Assembly: GCA_011109175.1 (NCBI GenBank)
Contig: RDEW01000033.1
Coordinates: forward strand, 372,001 to 436,000
Length of the DNA stretch: 64,000 nt
Direction of reading: 5' to 3'
DNA from: Dicyema japonicum
Lineage: Eukaryota > Animalia > Dicyemida
Part shown: piece after piece, positions 58,370 through 64,000 of the stretch
Layout of the letters: the number at the start of each line of letters is the position of its first letter
Position numbering within the stretch: the stretch's first letter is position 1
Position numbers and translations under genes: made by a program
Notes under the pieces: model-generated
Seen by the model: only the letters and a program-made list of their open reading frames with translations
Told to the model about the DNA's origin: nothing
The model's database searches: none

Positions 58370-59280
58370 CGACCTACCCTCCAATTCCGAAAACTCACTT
58401 ATAATATCCTATGTCGATGACATAATCTTTAAATCCTGAGACAAATTTGTCCAAACAGCTATCGGACAATAGAAAGATCTCCTCAATCGCTTGATCAGAC
58501 AGTTGGACACAAAATTTCAGATCAGGGAACTGTAAGTGGGATAGAAGACTGACTAGCTCAGCTCAGGACTGATTCTAACGAGCAGACAATTCCTGCAATA
58601 ACGCATTAAAAATATTGGTGCCATGACTTGCTGGGAACACTAAAACTGAACTTCGTCGAAACGCCCTTGAAACAGAATAAAGGAACTTTTGGTTTGACGG
58701 TAGTACCCCTGTCCACTCGTTACATCGAGCCAACCATCAACTACAGTTGTGCCATTTGGCGGACAAACTTAGCAAGAACCCATCTAGAGAAAAGCAGTGA
58801 GAAAGATGAAGATTCTACCTACAAAGACTGGAATCTCCTGGTGGTCACGTTTTTTTTAATGTTGGGTGATTCTTGGATTAATAACAATATGATGATCCTT
58901 CACTTGTAAGACTTCATGAGATCTTACTGACATGCTCTCGATCAGCTTCTGAGTCAATGGTATATGAATTTTTCTATTATTCCATATTTTGTATGATACC
59001 ATGTAATCTTGAAGTTTTTTCATATTCTTCTTCAAATCCATGATTTCTATTCCACTCAGATCAGGGGACTGTTGCAATAATCCTTGACCAGGATCTCCTT
59101 AACCATAATTCAGAAGAACTTATTAAAGTCATTAATAGTCCCCAAAATAAGGTACAATGTTATTATGATGTCTTGTTTCGTCTTAGCAAACGCCCTTGTT
59201 AGACAAATCTTCAATTTAATGAATCGGCGGATAAGCGTTTATGATTATGGAAACAAAGTTTACAAGTCGTGTTCTTGTTG
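58370..59280. mobile_element. Adjacent decayed fragments: LINE RT (+, about 58370-58830) and R4-like (-, about 58856-59280)
   Basis: SYVDDIIF and YIEPTINYSCAIW on plus; SPDLSGIEIMD-type R4 N-terminal-like peptide on minus. Confidence 0.45.
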
Positions 59281-59703
59281 AAAAAATTTTACTTCAACAT
59301 TGATCAGTTCGTAGCAAACCTTCATTTTATTTTAAGCAACCTAAAAAATTATTATTACCGCAGAATATTTGGCTTAAAAAGAAAAAATTTTTTCAGCTAA
59401 TTAAGTCATCTCATGACAAAAGAGAGGCTATAGCGGATGGGGACAGATATATTGAAAAGTTCTCCATAACTGGCTTAGAGTATTCTCGAACCTCGCGTAG
59501 TTTCTGAGGTATTTGATAAGGGCTAGAAAGGACTGCTTATATACGAACCTCCTCAAAAATTGGTCTGCCTCCGACTCTGCTGAACTGAGAAAACTTACTA
59601 AATATTCTAATCAGAAATACTGTTAGTAATATCGCATATATGTACTATTTCTTAATTATAAAATATTAGTATTTATTAAACAATAAACAAAAACTTAAAA
59701 CAG

Positions 59704-63028
<3,325 letters not shown>

Positions 63029-63212
63029 ATAGCCACAAAAGATATTTAAAAAATTGGCGCTTTATTTAAATTGAATTGAAATGAAAAATGAAATGAAAAA
63101 ATTAACTTATTTAATAATCATCTTATAAGTAAAATTTTTCGATAATATTTTATTTAAACAAATTTATAAAAATTTAATGTTATTGTAAAGTATTTTACCT
63201 GCTCCAAATACT

Positions 63213-64000
63213 GTGCAAGCTAACAGCCTTATGAAATATTACGCATCCATAAGTCACAAGGACTTCCCGAAATGCCATTTTTGTCACCTTCGGAATTTAA
63301 TGCCTAAACCAACTTCGTGGATCAATTTATTTACGCATGCCGAGGTCACACATGCTATAAGATCGATGAAGAGATCTTATACGTGTGGTCCTGACGGTAT
63401 TCCGGGAATTTTGCTAAAAAACCTTGGTAATGTTGCAATCAATTCGATTACGTCAATTTTTAATTTGTCTTCTAACATGAACGTCATCTTATGCAAATGG
63501 AAAAACTCACTTATAATACCAATTTTTAAACCAGGAAAACCGAAAACCTTACCTTCTCCCTACCGTCCAATTTCATTAATGTGCGCATTATCGTGCCTAA
63601 TGGAGAAACTCGTACTCTGGAAAATTAAACCCCATTTGCCCGACTGCCACTTTCAACATGGTTTCAAATGTGAGCGTTCAACTACGACACATTTGACTTC
63701 ACTGTCTCAATTTATATCAGAAGGGTTCAACGTACCGAAACGCCATCTGCGGACAATAGTGGTTTCCCTGGATATCCAGAAGGCGTTCGATTCTGTCTCG
63801 AGAACATTACTCACGAAGAAGGTTTTTGACACCACCATTCAGACGGATTTGAAAAATGGATAGCCAATTTTCTCTCCTGAAGAAGAGGACGTGTCTGTAT
63901 AGGCCACGCAAGATCGAGGTCCCGTCTCCTACCAAATGGCGTCTCTCAAGGATCGCCCTCTCTCCGGCGTTATTTAACTTATTCCTCAACGCTTTACCCT
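63213..64000 (+). mobile_element. LINE reverse transcriptase, runs off the window end
   Basis: GPDGIPG, IPIFKPGK, YRPISL, QHGFK, DIQKAFDSV, then a frameshifted GVSQGSPLSPALFN. Confidence 0.85.

Noticed and set aside
59400-59600. Possible small minus-strand spliced ORF (…PYQIPQKLREVREYSKPVMENF…) downstream of BLM
   Set aside because: No start codon or homology could be established.

Overview
AT-rich eukaryotic genomic DNA, animal-type gene content, with extremely short GT-AG introns (20-27 nt in the junctions I reconstructed). That intron size points to a dicyemid mesozoan; this is inference and was not verified. Host genes sit as islands among transposable elements. They are BTBD10/KCTD20-like, a TIA-1-like RRM gene missed by the ORF track, a small orphan with an EF-hand-like motif, ASCC3, TBCK, lipin, CCDC170-like, SRP72, DDX10/DBP4 and BLM-like RecQ. 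About half of the window is mobile DNA: CRE-clade non-LTR elements with an N-terminal PHD finger, R4/Dong-like elements, RTE-like and Jockey/I-like LINEs, a pogo remnant, a Tc1/IS630 deletion derivative, and a TIR-bounded integrase-core transposon with a nested LINE. Two tRNA-like SINE families carry 3' tails that match LINEs present in the same window, and one of them has swapped tails. Main points to follow up: the modular SINE/LINE partner system, the PHD-CRE elements, RT-less elements with intact TSDs, TEs resembling microsporidian families, two convergent genes with abutting stop codons, and stop-free 3n micro-introns beside catalytic motifs. Ends of decayed TE fragments are approximate. 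Gene models were spliced by eye, and all family assignments come from motif recognition without database searches.
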